A stretch of 63,265 bases of DNA, counting the filler, from Intoshia linei (lineage: Eukaryota > Animalia > Orthonectida), in NCBI GenBank assembly GCA_001642005.1. It is 6 parts of 6 records of this genome, joined end to end, with 100 filler letters (N's around TTAATTAATTAA, not from the genome) between each part and the next. Parts side by side here need not be neighbours in the genome. Positions count along the whole stretch, not along the records: positions 9,317 to 39,831 come from LWCA01000362.1; 5 more parts are not named here. One strand, written 5' to 3'. Of this stretch, positions 12,781 to 29,119 are shown in pieces. Below the pieces are notes generated by a model, which was given only the letters and a program-made list of their open reading frames with translations, searched no databases and was not told the origin of the DNA. Position 1 is the first letter of the stretch; each line of letters begins with the position of its first letter. The position numbers were made by a program, and so were the translations under genes.

Positions 12781-12834
12781 ATATACATAGTAACGTACCA
12801 ATATGTTGATATGCAATTATATTAATACTACAAT

Positions 12835-13041
12835 CTACATTTTGTTGACAAATTTCCAAAATATATATTTTTTTTTAAAATGGAACCTTGGTCTCGAATG
12901 AATCTTGTAATATTTTTTCATTGAATTTAAGTATTTGAACAATTCCTCGTCACTGTTAAAATGGTTAGGCGGTTCAATTTGACATTGGATAAATTGCATA
13001 CAGACCAATACGAAGAATAATAAGAAATAGTAAGTTTTCAT
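12835..13041 (-). CDS. NPF: Neuropeptide F/Y (NPF) precursor
   Basis: Signal peptide MKTYYFLLFFVLVCMQFIQC, then QIEPPNHFNSDEELFKYLNSMKKYYKIHSRPR(F), a PP-fold pattern with YY and RPRF. A GT donor falls in the last Arg codon (AG|GT), the conserved NPY/NPF intron site, so the ORF tail is probably intron. Confidence 0.85.
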   Translation of the reverse strand: MKTYYFLLFFVLVCMQFIQCQIEPPNHFNSDEELFKYLNSMKKYYKIHSRPRFHFKKKYIFWKFVNKM

Positions 13042-13772
13042 TAAATCAACAAAATGTATCTTGAATAAATGTGAAATAATATGTTGAAATATAAAAACTA
13101 CTATATTTAGCTTTTATATTCTATAATATTGATTTGTACTATTGATTCAAATGGCGCATTCCTTAGGATGAGAATAAACACTAAATCGACATTTTCTCAT
13201 CCCATCTCATGTACTTAAAACGATATATTTAGCATAATTTCGTTTAATTATATACAATGTATAACTCAAACTTTATCAATTGCAACATAAAAATTCATTT
13301 AACATTGTAATGACAAAATAATTATAGTAATATTTCTACTTTTTATTATATAATATTATACATTATGTATATTATTATGTCATCGTATACAAATAATTTC
13401 ATTAAATAATAATTTCATTAATAATTATTGATTTAAACATTAATTTATATTCATTACATGCGTTTTGGACATAATTTATTGCATTAATCGTTTAATATTT
13501 TTTTTAATTTGTTAATATATCCTTATATAACACTAGTCAATAAAAATAGACTTTCAAAAATCTTTCCACATCATATCATGTATATTATATATACATGTAT
13601 GTAGTTTTTTCTGGCATTATTATGTATATTATTTTTTTATTGGTTTACGTCAGGTACCCGAGATACGAGGTAGCAAAAATAAGGTAATATAATTAATAAA
13701 TGGATATATTAGCTTTGTTTTGTTAGTGTATATCTAGCTATGACTGTCATATTATTAAATATATAATTTAAA

Positions 13773-14229
13773 TCCTATCTAAAAATTTAACAAAAAAAAT
13801 TTAAAACAGTTACCTGCTGTATACTACACACCTGAAATAAAATAAATATGTTGAAATCAAAATCTTTCTTCACCAATCTTATCTTGTATGAAAGAGAATT
13901 TAAAAGTACTAATACAATTTATTTCTACGAAATGGTTTACGTCTACAACAAGCGTAATTAATGAATAAGAAAGAACCCCAATTTTGTACAAATAAACGTT
14001 AACAAAAAAAAATTAGGATGGAATAATTCACTTTGAAGTAAAAAGTAATGTGATATGATGGTTCCACCTGAAACAAATTTAAGAAAAACTCCTTTAAAGG
14101 ATTGATAATAGTGAATAGTAGGATATTTAAGTTAGATTTTCAACATGAATTTATTTTTTTAGTATAATAAAAATGTGCCTTCAGCAGAGCTAGGTGCTGT
14201 TTGTACGTAGTACATAATAGTCAACCTAG
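13773..14229 (+). mobile_element. Non-autonomous Helitron copy
   Basis: 3' end GGTGCTGTTTGTACGTAGTACATAATAGTCAACCTAG|T, shared with the 6143 element; body shared in reverse with 47217-47450 and 50105-50240; 5' end A|TCCTA tentative. Confidence 0.6.
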
Positions 14230-14630
14230 TGTTAATATATTTGTAATATACGATTTGTACTATACGATATACCAATTATATATATATCACTACTATTCTA
14301 GTTGTACTTTGGTAATTACATGCTTTTAATCTTTATTTTATTTATTATTTACTAGGTACAATATAATGTATACATAGTACATACATACATATATATAGTG
14401 AATACAATACCAATACTAACAATACCAAGTCTTCTTTAAAGCGAACTCAAATTTTTAAATTACAAAAAAAATATATGTTTTTGAAAAATTAGACTTAAAA
14501 TTGTCAAATTTTTTGAAGTATCATGACTTATGTCATGATTGATCATTATTTAATGTAATATAATTTTAATTTTAATATTATTTAAGGTTATAGCAACTAT
14601 AATATTCACTTTTTGAAAATCAATTTGAAA

Positions 14631-17600
14631 ATGCAGACAATATTAAGTTTACTTATTCTATCCATCCAAATTTATGGCATAGAATTCGATCAGTTTCTTT
14701 TTGCAATGATAACACCAGTAAAATTCTGCCATTTTGATAGTGATTCCAAAAATGATGTAAAATTTAATTACATATTGCTACACTGTAGTTATTTTGTATA
14801 CATATTTATGTACTAATTTATATTTTCAAGGCGCGTAAAATTTGCAATAAAAATGATGTTCCAATCACGATTCACGGTTTGTGGTAATATTCAAAATTGA
14901 TTCATTTTTTATATTTATTAGTACATTACGCATGTTAGCTGTGTCCTCAAATTTTTATATAAAAACTACACCCTACTATAACTACAACGATAAATTGCAA
15001 TACCTTTAATTGTAGTTTTAATTTGGTGGTTAAAATAATTACCGATGGTAGTTCTCGTTATATTTTTTTGTTAACTAGTTCTAGGATTAAAATTTATCCA
15101 ATCCAATGGATATTAAAATCAGGAGTGCACAACCTTTCACCAATTCAACAGCAAAGTTACTTTACTCATTGATACAGCCGCACAAAATTTACTTTGACAT
15201 TGAGAAAGTGGCCAATGTCAAAAATGTTTATTTTTGATAAAAATAATTTAAATTGCCCTTGAATAAAATCTGTTTTAAATTTTTTCAATTTGACGTAAAA
15301 AGGTATATTTACTTTGCAAATTAATTTGAAGTAAAATGTAAAATATTTAGCATTATGATTACATATAGCAATGGTTCTTAACCTTTTTTGACCTATGCAC
15401 CCCAAATATTGATTTTAATGACTGTACAGTGTGCACTTCTTATTACAGAAACTAAAACTTTAAGGTTGTATTTAAGTTTGATTCAAAAAAAATTTCTAAA
15501 ACCTAAAATTAAAATATAAATGAAAATTTTACACATTCTATGCAACATATTTTCACTTTTAAAATCTCACATAAGATATTTCGGTGTCTAAGGGTAATGA
15601 AGGATTAATTACTGAAATTATTCTGTTTTAAATTCATTATAGACAATTAAAAATTTTTATTCTTTGAAGATTTTATTTTTGCATTCATATAACAAACTAC
15701 ATTTTTTAAAATGTTCAAATATATTTTTTATAATTTTAATTTTATATTTTGTATATAGGGGTGTAATATTTAGAGTAAATATTAACCGATTTCATTTTTT
15801 GGGTGATAAATGCTCAAAATCAAAAAAGGCATCCACATGCAAAATAGATTTTTTAATAAAAAAACGTTAAAAGGACACCCTATTGTGTAATTTTAAATTT
15901 AAGAATATTTAAAATTTATCGAGAATTTTCGAGAACAAACACTAGGCATATGACGTGTACATTATTAAACATTTTGAAGTATATGGTGTGCCCATGGAAA
16001 TTTTTTTTATTTTTTTGAACAACCCTAATGTGATGTATTTTTTGAATTTCAAAAAAAGTGCAAAATTTGACATCCCTAATTCCTGTTTCATAAAAAATTA
16101 TTAACGGCTTAAGTAAAATCCCTTGTAAATATAATTAAAATTGTTTTCATTTAAATTCATGTTTATTATTAAATCTAGGCCTGATTACAATAATGGATCA
16201 TATCCTCAATTTTGTGATGATGATTACATTTTCGATCCGACAGAAATTGATGTATTTATTCATTTTATTTACGATTATGATAAAATTATTGATTTGATCA
16301 TTGTATGCAGAGTCGAACCGACCGTATCAAGACCCTCGTCGGATTAAAAAAATTCTGTCAATATGTATTTTGTGTGTTCAATTTTAAATGTTAAGTCAAG
16401 AGCCTTAGAAAGTTGGCTAGGGTTATATGACACTACGCAGCTTTTCCCAAAAAATTGAGCGTTTATTTTTCATTTTCGGGAGCTTTGAGCTTGGTAGGTT
16501 CGCATCTGATTCTGCACATGCTTCACACTGCATATTAATTTCAAATGTATGATACATTTTATCTGATTTTTGAATCAAAAAGTTTTGTAAAATTAGATTA
16601 CTTTAAATTTGCTTTTGTGGTGGTAAAAATTTCTAGATTAATTTTTTTGGTCCTTACGTTCAGTTTTCTTGGATCAGCTGTCTATTATATCCAAATGTTA
16701 TAAATTGGAACAATTATATTTTGATTTATTTACCAACTCTTTTCTATGTAATATAATTTAAGTCACTTTTGAACGATTTGGACGAATATTGGCCGTCGTA
16801 CTACAACGAAGATACGAAATTTTGGTATAATTTTTAGTTAATTTGTAAAATTAACATTAAAATTATAAATAACTAATTAAGGGCTCACGAATGGGACAAG
16901 CACGGGACATGTTCAAAAGATTTGGCATACTTGAAAAATGAAAAATTATATTTCAGTCACATTTTGAATATTTATCACTACATCGACGTTGTGGGGTATT
17001 ATTAACATTTATCTCACTTGAGGATGTGAAATCAGTGATGACAAATTTTTAATATATGAAATCCTGATTGGTTCATTGGAATAAACTAATTGCAAATACA
17101 AATTTTTTTTTAAATTTTTGTGTACTTACAAAATATTCTCCTGAATTATTTTATTTGAGATTTAAAGATTAATTAACTGACAATTTTAAGAATCCATTTA
17201 ATGTGTAGTCTATTCATAGCATATTTAAACTATTAAAATTAGTAAACTCCAAAATGCTTCAATTGTCCCTAGTTGTGATGATAGTTACAAGGTAATATAT
17301 ATTAATATTGAATATTTTTCCCCATATCCCGGTTATCACGTCTAAATATTGCATGAGGCGTGTCAATTTCGAGCCCATAAGTTCAATTTTTAGGTTTACA
17401 AATTGCAATTATTCTATCATTAATGCAATCATTCAATGATAATAATGAATAATAAATGCAATGATAATTTTTATCATTAATTAAATGCTGAACAATATGG
17501 GAAGATATATTATTAACTTTTTTTTGATGAAAACAAAAAGAAATTTTATTAAGTTATCGATAATTTATATTGGTGGTTAGTATTTTAAACTGGCTTGACT

Positions 17601-17898
17601 GTTGTATAGTTCGTACAAACAGCAGCTAGCTTGCCGAGAGTCGACTTTTTAATTTGTTAGTCTAATCATTAGACAATGATTGTATAATCTTAAAAACAAT
17701 CATATTATACACTGTACTAAAATTTTAGTTACACTCTAAAAATCATCACAAAAAAGATGGATCCCAGAAAATTAAAATTTTAAATAACTTTTGTACAGTG
17801 TTTTCAAATTTCTATATTTTATATATATTAATTTTTAATAGACAACAGAAATAATGAAAGCGTTACAACAAAATTTTACATTGGAATGCATTGAATAT
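14631..17898 (+). CDS. RNASET2: Ribonuclease T2 family, secreted, multi-exon (3' end not resolved)
   Basis: Signal peptide MQTILSLLILSIQIYG; CAS I PITIHGLW|PDYNNGSYPQFC; DLDEYWPS; CAS II FW|AHEWDKHGTC; LQNASIVPS; TTEIMKALQQNFTLEC. Splice phases consistent. Confidence 0.93.
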
Positions 17899-18448
17899 GT
17901 AAGTTAGAGAACCATCTTAGACAACAATTAGACATATATAGTATAATAATATATAAGATATATATTATATATAATAGTAATATAATATATATAGACATAT
18001 ATGACATGACAGATATAAAAATGTGGTTCTGAAGAGTCGCATATTTCCATGCCAATTTTTAGGAAATATATGTATTTTTTATTGTATGTAAGTTTACTCA
18101 TTTTATAAATGGAAAATTAAACATTAAAAAAGATGTAAACCCTTTTTCAATACAATACCTTATGTATTTCCCACCATTAAATTGTTGATTAAAAAATATT
18201 AACCATGTTATGCATTTGCTATTTACAGTCGAGTAGTATTAATATACCATGTTGGCATTACCAACTATTTCCTTATTGTGCAATTTCATCAATATTTACA
18301 AATACAATTCAATGTTATAGAAAGGAAAACAATACTGGTCAGCATTATATCTATGCATCGACAAAAACTTAAATTTTGGTTGCGAACATGCAAAAGAGGG
18401 AAATTGCAACAATGAAAATATTTATTACATTGATGAAAAATGTGAAAA

Positions 18449-19072
18449 TTAAAAAAGATCATTGTGTTGGATAAATAAATATTTTTTTCCATAAATATAT
18501 AAATATTTTTTGAATCGGCCTGTATAGTCAACATATCTTGTGCATGCCACATATACCATAATTACAGTATAAAAAGATATCTCCAGCATTTTGCAATCTG
18601 AACAAAAAATTAATTGAAAAACTACTGTACCACTACTGTACATAAAATAATATATATAGTCCTTGAAAAACTGCATATAAGTATCATACATTTCTATTCT
18701 TAGATTATAATATTTCAATAAATAAAATTGCATAAAATAGAATAAGTGAGGTATCATAATAGAGAATAATAGAAATCTAACCATTATCATTAAATATTTG
18801 TATTCATCTATAACATTTTGTATTTTGTCTGTTTCTTCATTTGAAATTTCAAGGAGTAATATATACAGTAATGTAAACAGAATTAAGTGAGATAATTGAG
18901 ACACCAAAGGTAAGAATAACATTATGGAATGGAGTTGGATTATATTTGAATCTTGACAAGTTGTCAATTGATACAGTATGTTCAGATTATATAGTGTTTC
19001 ACCCACATCTCTTCCAAATATCTTATATCCGAGACATGATGTAATTATGTCGCTTCCTTCTATTATCCCCAT
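18449..19072 (-). CDS. Hypothetical multi-pass membrane protein, orphan
   Basis: 207-codon intronless ATG ORF, long for this base composition; several hydrophobic segments. Confidence 0.45.
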   Translation of the reverse strand: MGIIEGSDIITSCLGYKIFGRDVGETLYNLNILYQLTTCQDSNIIQLHSIMLFLPLVSQLSHLILFTLLYILLLEISNEETDKIQNVIDEYKYLMIMVRFLLFSIMIPHLFYFMQFYLLKYYNLRIEMYDTYMQFFKDYIYYFMYSSGTVVFQLIFCSDCKMLEISFYTVIMVYVACTRYVDYTGRFKKYLYIYGKKYLFIQHNDLF

Positions 19073-19750
19073 CGATTGATATATTGTTAAGATTGTTAAA
19101 AGTCTAGAATATATTTGAATAAAATTTAAACATTACAATTACACTAAGAACTTTAGCATTTCAAATTAAATGTCTAATAGTAGTTTAATATTTGTTTAAA
19201 ACACATTTAAATGAGGGATTAATGTTTACTTATTTGACCCTTAAATTAAAGTTTTTGGAAAATTCGGATAAATTAGCAGTCATAGGAAGAGTCAGATTCG
19301 AACCTAGCAAGTTCGAAGCCACCGAAATTGAAAAATAGCGTTTGATCATAGCCCCAGACAGCTCCCAAAACTCTTGACTAACATTTTAAATTTACACAAA
19401 ATAGTCATGATATACATTAATTTGGAAAAATTAAAATTTCGTCGATGCCCCAAAGAGGCGTATAGATTAGGAATTAGAGGTATGTTAGTTTGGGACTGAT
19501 TTGTCTAAACAAATGCTTACACAAAGATAATTATGATATTTATAGATCAGACGAAGTGGTGTTTCAGAAAAGAAAACATCAATAAAAAGTAACAAACAAT
19601 CTATTTGCTCAAAAATCGAAAAAATTAATTATTTAAAAAAAATTGAAAATTTTTAAATTGGGTTGATGTGGATGTGATCTTCAAATCCCAAATAGTTCTT
19701 CAATTATTATATCAATTTACAATTTTATTCAATTCAATGGTAAACTTTTA

Positions 19751-22700
19751 TTATAGGCTTTTTTTAAATAATTTTTCAAGGTTTTTAATGCGTTCTTTCA
19801 AAATACAATTGTTAATTTCCAGTTTTTCTACGTTTTGTAATTTTTCTTTTAGCTTTATATTTTCAATTTCCAATTTTTCAATATATGCCTAAATGAATAT
19901 TATTAAATTTTTATTTTTTAACGAAATAAAAAATTTTTTCATGTAAAGTTATTAATAAATCAATGTGCTCAAAATGCAATTGACTAAATATTGTTTTAAA
20001 TAAAAATTTTGGGAATTTCACATGACTCAATTATAATATATATTATAATTAAAGAAATTAATAAAATCATCAATAAGGTTTTTAATAATTGCAAGATTCT
20101 AAGTAGGGTTGGCAATTTACCAAATAAAATTTTTTATATCGAATCTAATTTAATCTCTATAATGTTTAAGTGCTTTTTAAAATATAACGTTAACAGTCGC
20201 AAGTGGATAAAAATAACCCATATTAATTAATGAAAAAAATATAAAACAGTCCAATCGTAAAATTTAATAGTTTGTATTATAAAATTCGATACAATCATAT
20301 TTAAAAATATTTTGCATCACACAATTCAAAATATTTTTTTTATGCTTTGATTAACTGCATAAATGGCGTCGTTTTCTTTTTTTCATTTGTAAATACATTT
20401 ATAATCTCTTATTCACTGAAATATTCGTAATTCCATTCATTTTCACTTTTTGAATCAAATGTATCTTGTTCTTTATCATAAAAAATATCATTTTTAGAAT
20501 TCTCAATGTACAAATTGATATCAAAATATAAGTATCGTTCTAGATACGAGATAGTGAAAAAATTGACGTGGAAATTCCAAGTTGGATTTTGTGTCTGATA
20601 AAATTCTAAAACTCTGTACTTGAAATAAACAATTACTATATTATAGATTTGCATTTATATAATTTAAATTACCGTTATAAATTTTTATCGATTGCCAACC
20701 CTAATTCTAAGTTTTGATTTCATTTATATTTTAATTTTAAATTACACTAAATATGAGGTAAAAATTCATTATTAGAAATGTTTTTTAAACAAAACGTTGG
20801 AAAAATATACTTTATACATAAATGTTATGTTGTACATATATAATATACTTTACTTCTTGATTAAGGTTTAATATTTTGAAAATGTTTATGTGTGAAATGT
20901 AACACTGTAAATTAAATAATAAATTACAGATAAATTGATATTTTTATTAACGTCATCTAAAAATTTATTTATACAAATTTAATCTACCATTTAATATTAC
21001 CAACAACAGCCAAAGACAATATATGGTGAAATTGGTATGTTATGGAAGATTTTGCTTGCTATAATTTTCAGACATTTAGAGATGTATAGAAGGTTTATTT
21101 TTATCATGTTGATAACAACAGTAAAACGTGGGATTCAGGGTATATAGGAGACGCACATGATACACCGGGAATTATAAAAATTGCTGTTAAAAAACCAACT
21201 CAATGCGTAACACAACTGCAAATCAAAGAACACGACCAACAATGTACCATAAGATCATTTGTTGAAAGATTCTTCGGAAGACTAAAGCAAGCTTTCTCAG
21301 TTTTTTCTGGGATTTATAGATATAATCATCAAAATTTTGACATTGATTTCGATAACACTGTATTGCTCACTAACGAATTGATATGTAAAACTGAATTAAC
21401 CGATGATGATCAAAAATATCAAAAAAAATTATACGCTAAAATTATGGATAAAGAAGACCACATCCACGCCACGTGACGCAAAAAAAAAGAAGACGCAAAT
21501 CAAGTACAGAGAAAATATTAAGAAACGATTAGAAAATTAAATTAAATATTTCTATATTTTTTGTATACAAGTATATTTATGATATATATATATTATATAT
21601 ATACTTATGAACAAATTTTTAAGTTATATAAATTAGTTTATTGTTGCTTCATCATCAAATGTTATTTTTATGACTAAATAAATCAATTAAATTTGCGTAA
21701 TTAATAGACAACCGTATGGCTATGCATATCATTTCGTTTTATCTAGTTGGCGTAATAATACAAAATATATTTAGCCTTGTCATTTATTATCCATTGTTAA
21801 TTAATTAAAATTTAACGATTTAAATGTTATTCTACATTCAAAACTATTAACTGAACCTTATTTGGCTTTCCTATAATTAATTTGATTATATGAGTAAGTA
21901 ATACTCTTAATATGCATATTTAAATAATAATATGATATTTTGTGCCCTTGAGCACCCTTATAAACTTTTTGAATTTTGTTAAGATTTTGGATTTTATGTC
22001 TGCTAATCAAAACGAAAACTTTGGGCTCTTGTCTATCAGAAATTCATAAAAATTGAAATTATGTCCACCCTAGTGTATATATTTTTTATAACGTTATTTC
22101 ATATCTATATTTAATTTAAAATTACCTTCTTTTTTCTACGTGACTTTGCAGCGGCTTGTCTAAATTAATTAGATAAGTTAGATATGTTCTGATTCAGAAC
22201 ATATTAATCGGCGGGATAAATACTAACCGATTTCATTTTTTTGGGGGATAAAAGCTTAAAATCAAAAAAGGTTCCACATGCAAAATGGACACCCTATTAT
22301 ACAGTGTATACTAAAAAAGAGTCTCTAGTTAGTGACACGTTTAGTTTGGAATGTTTGGTTGGTAAGATCTGCCAACTCAAGAGTTCACCATTTTTGGTAA
22401 AATTTGTATTTCTCAATATATTTTCCTAATCGTTGATAAATATTCAATGTTTACCTATTTTTTAACCTTTTTGTTTGAATTCTTCCTTTGTATACATTTT
22501 TTTTATTCCTTTCTACTATTCAATTAATGTATAATTTAATATTATCGTAAAATGTAAATCTACCTCACATTTAACCAAATCGATTTAAGACTTAAAAACG
22601 AAAATATTACTAAAATCTTGATGGAAGTAATAATAAGTCTACTAAAAAGGAAAAGAGCTCATAATATAAACATAACGCACATGTAGAGTGTAAAATATAA

Positions 22701-24000
22701 ATGTACAAAAGATACGGCATGGAACTACATTTTTTTGGAATTTTGGAATGCTATTTATGACAATTTTAAGGGTTGTAACTATAATTGTATTGTTTTTTAT
22801 TTTCTTTTTAAGATTGCGTTATTAAGAATATGATCGATTAAGACTTATAAAGTCAAACTGTTTGTAGTAAAATTTATACGTCGCCTCGACAGAGCTAGCT
22901 GTTTGTACAAAGTACATAGCATTCATGTTAATAATATAAATTAAAAAAAAAAATGCATAATATAGTGATATATAAAATAAAATAATATCTCAAACCTTTC
23001 CAATAAATTTAATAAATGGAATAATTGATGAAAAATATTTCCCATAGAATCTTAATAAAATTTATTTTATGTGAACAATTGTATTTTAATTCCAAGGTTC
23101 TCAACGTGGGCCACAGAAAATTTTCAAAATTAAAAAAAATTTGGCAATAAAATTGCTAACCAAAACAAAATCTATAAATTCATAATGAATTTGAAATATA
23201 AATTTGGAATTATGGTTTACAGATCTTCAAAACTTTGAACCAAATGATGAAACCAGTCCTGAACTAACTGAAAAACTTTTTGACTTAATTTAATTATTTT
23301 AAGTCTTAAAAGATTTGAAATTAGTCAGACGAATAGAAAAAAAAGGTGTATTTGGATTTATGGGAATTCAAGAATCAAATCCAATTGTGTTTGATAATGT
23401 TCAACCAAGCATTATTGCTTTTCTTACAACATGGCTTGTAGAAGCTAGATTTTCAGTAGTGGTCGATATTTTTAGTAAAACAAGGTCAAAATTGGATGTG
23501 AACCGAGGAATAATGCGATTAAGATTGATTAAACTAACAGAAATTGATTACGCTTCATTGTGCAACAAACACCATTGCCAAGGCAGTCACTAACTAGTAC
23601 AAATTTAAATAAATAAAGCATTTTACTGTAAATAAAAGTAGATATTTTAAGGTGGGCCATGGTCTGAAACTAGTTGACAACCGCTGTTTTAGTTGAGTAA
23701 AATGCATTATAAACCGAAAATTAAAGTGACCCAAAAAAATCTAATTGATCCATAATTATATTTTCTTATTTCATAACAAAACTTGAAATTTAGTCCGAGT
23801 AGATTTAAAATAATCAGATAAATTCAAGCATCACTGACCAACTAATTCATATTTATACTATTTACCATGTTCCTTTAGTATGTCTTTAGCATTATTTGAC
23901 AATTCAATCAGTATCTTTCTAAAAATTTATTGATAAATAATAATTTTCAATTACTGAAAAGAAGGACGTCGATCAATTATATCCATACGAATTTGCTCTA
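19751..24000 (-). CDS. CREB: CREB/CREM/ATF1-family bZIP transcription factor, multi-exon (5' end and linker exons tentative)
   Basis: KID domain EQIRMDIIDRRPSFQ|KILIELSNN (exons ending at 23955 and 23866-23918); basic region IQTKRLKNR|QAAAKSRRKKK (exon ending at 22455 and exon 22126-22159); zipper exon 19751-19888 AYIEKLEIENIKLKEKLQNVEKLEINNCILKERIKNLEKLFKKSL*. Phase-2 introns just after RRPSx and inside KNR, as in CREB genes. Confidence 0.85.
20104..20703. mobile_element. hAT MITE in a CREB intron
   Basis: TIR TAGGGTTGGCAAT / ATTGCCAACCCTA; perfect 8-bp TSD ATTCTAAG. Confidence 0.9.
21090..21477 (+). mobile_element. PIF/Harbinger-ISL2EU-like (DDE_Tnp_4) transposase relic
   Basis: WDSGYIG..KKP..RSFVERFFGRLKQAF..YRY..FD..LLTN. 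Confidence 0.7.
23092..23686 (+). mobile_element. Non-autonomous hAT (Buster/Charlie-like) element
   Basis: C-terminal relic FLTTWLVEARFS..RSKLDVNRGIMRLRL..HHCQGSH; TSD TTTTAATT/TTTTAGTT; close inverted copy at 53697-54385. Confidence 0.88.
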
Positions 24001-25125
24001 CTATCAAATTGATGAGAATTTATAATAAAAGTAAAATTCAAATTAAAATCACACCTTAGTTTCATAATTAAAATTCAAATGCAGTTTAATATTTAATTTG
24101 GATTGTTTTAAAATTGAAGAATTCTCGTTCTGTGTCCAAAAATTGAGTTTTTCTGCAATAGATACATCAGTATTCAATACTCAACCAGTATTCTGCTAAG
24201 AACTTCGGTACTGTATTGGTATGTGACCCACCGCTATAATTGTTAATAATAAAATGTATTAATTAATTACACTGGAAATTGTCTAGTGTACACAAAAAAT
24301 CGCTTAATTAATACAATTTTAATTTCAACACTATCTGATATGTAATATAGTTAGAGATAAAATGATTTCTAAGTTTCAAACCATGCAGATTATGGATCCT
24401 TTTGAATCATACCATTTGTATGAATTTTATTTATCTTTTAATTAGAAAAATATTCAAGAATTAAAGAAATTTATATAACTACAAAACATAATAAAAAAGC
24501 AAAAAACCTTTATGAAATTAAGAATTAATTAATAATCTAAATTTCACCATTCGTTCCAAAAATCTATTTCGTTTTGAAAAATAAATAAAATTTTATCGCT
24601 ATCAATCGATGAGTGAGACACACATAAACATTTTTTTACAAGTAATCTAATATGCGGATAATTTAATCTTTACATTGCCTTGTTAATTAATCTGATCAAA
24701 CATACACTTATCGTTGATGGATGAAGAGTTTAATCCTTTTTTATACTATTCAAAAATTTTTACTTTTTTTATAAAATAAAAAGGTTGATACGAGTTGCTA
24801 AAATTAGATTATAATTTACAAATAGTAAATACAAATCACTTTGAAAATTAACCCATACTTACATTTACCGGTCCAAAGAAAAAATAATATCGAACTAAGA
24901 ACAAAAAAAAATGTATATTTACGAATTGAGAACAAAAACGTTCAGTTAAAAAAAATTGATAATTAAAGCACCAAAACCAAGTTAACATGACGGAATCTCG
25001 ATTAGTTTTAAATTTTATTTAATTCATTATACAATAGTATTTAAATAAATAATTTAATAGCAAAAATAAATTTTCATAACTTGAAAAATATACAAGGTTA
25101 ATTTGATAACAGATGATACAGGACA

Positions 25126-28074
<2,949 letters not shown>

Positions 28075-29119
28075 GCTTGAAAAATTTAAAAAGATCTACA
28101 AAATATATATAAATGTAAAATTAAAAAAATCAAATACACTACTGTATACTGTACAAAATTAAATAACAAATATACGAAAAAATTACATTGTTTTAAAGAA
28201 ATATATAACCATCATAGGTAAGAATAATGTAAATTATTAGTCAAAAGTAAATTTTTGATGACTCATTAAATATAAAATGATATCAAATAATAGCAAATAT
28301 TAACAGTTGACATAACATCTAAATAAACAAAAACCGCGTGCAGAATGTAATTTATCGTTCGTTTACAAACCTTTATTGTTAAGTAAACTTTGTTTACATA
28401 TTTTAACGATATCGTTAGGCTAAGTTTTGCACATTTTAGCGATGTGCGTCGTTTCTAAGATATAACAATGCGCGATTCATCGTTGATAACAATTTTATCA
28501 TTGTGAAACAATGATTGTTTTTTCATTCACAGATTTAAAAATTACCAATTTTTTTGTTTGTATTTTCACATTGATATAATCGTCATTCTTTATTCAAAGG
28601 AATCAAGTTAAATGTGCGTTTGTCGAAATTGTTAATGCTATACATGTACTTTTTATTCGTTTGCATTTTAATTTTTAACGAAACAATTGTTACTAATATT
28701 CTTGGTTACAGCTTATTAAATACAAACTAAGCAACCGTTTACTAATTGTAGATACAATTGTATGTATAACACTGGAATGATTTCAATATTTTATCTTCAT
28801 AATCTGATATCAAGATTATTTATTGACGCATTGGTTATAGTCTATATTATAATATAGTATATAAATTATATATAATATATATTATAATTATAGTTTATTG
28901 TATATTGGGATATGTTAAAGTGCGTTCTAGTTAAATGTTGGCCTATATTATTATAAATGTATCAGCTTAGATTTTAAGTTTAAATTTAGTTTGTGTTCTA
29001 ATAACCATATTTAAATGTTCCATTTTTTGTCGAAATTTAATCTATAATATCAATACAGTAAATGTGTCAAAGCTTAAAATACATGTTTTATAGAAATGTT
29101 AATGGGTGTCAACTTAAAT

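Noticed and set aside
19275-19365. tRNA-like segment with a GGTTCGAATC B-box on the minus strand
   Set aside because: No consistent acceptor or anticodon stem could be folded; at most a decayed tRNA or SINE relic
24540-24990. Exon-like minus-strand segments between S6K and CREB
   Set aside because: Splice-like signals are present but no consistent reading frame; may be CREB 5' UTR exons
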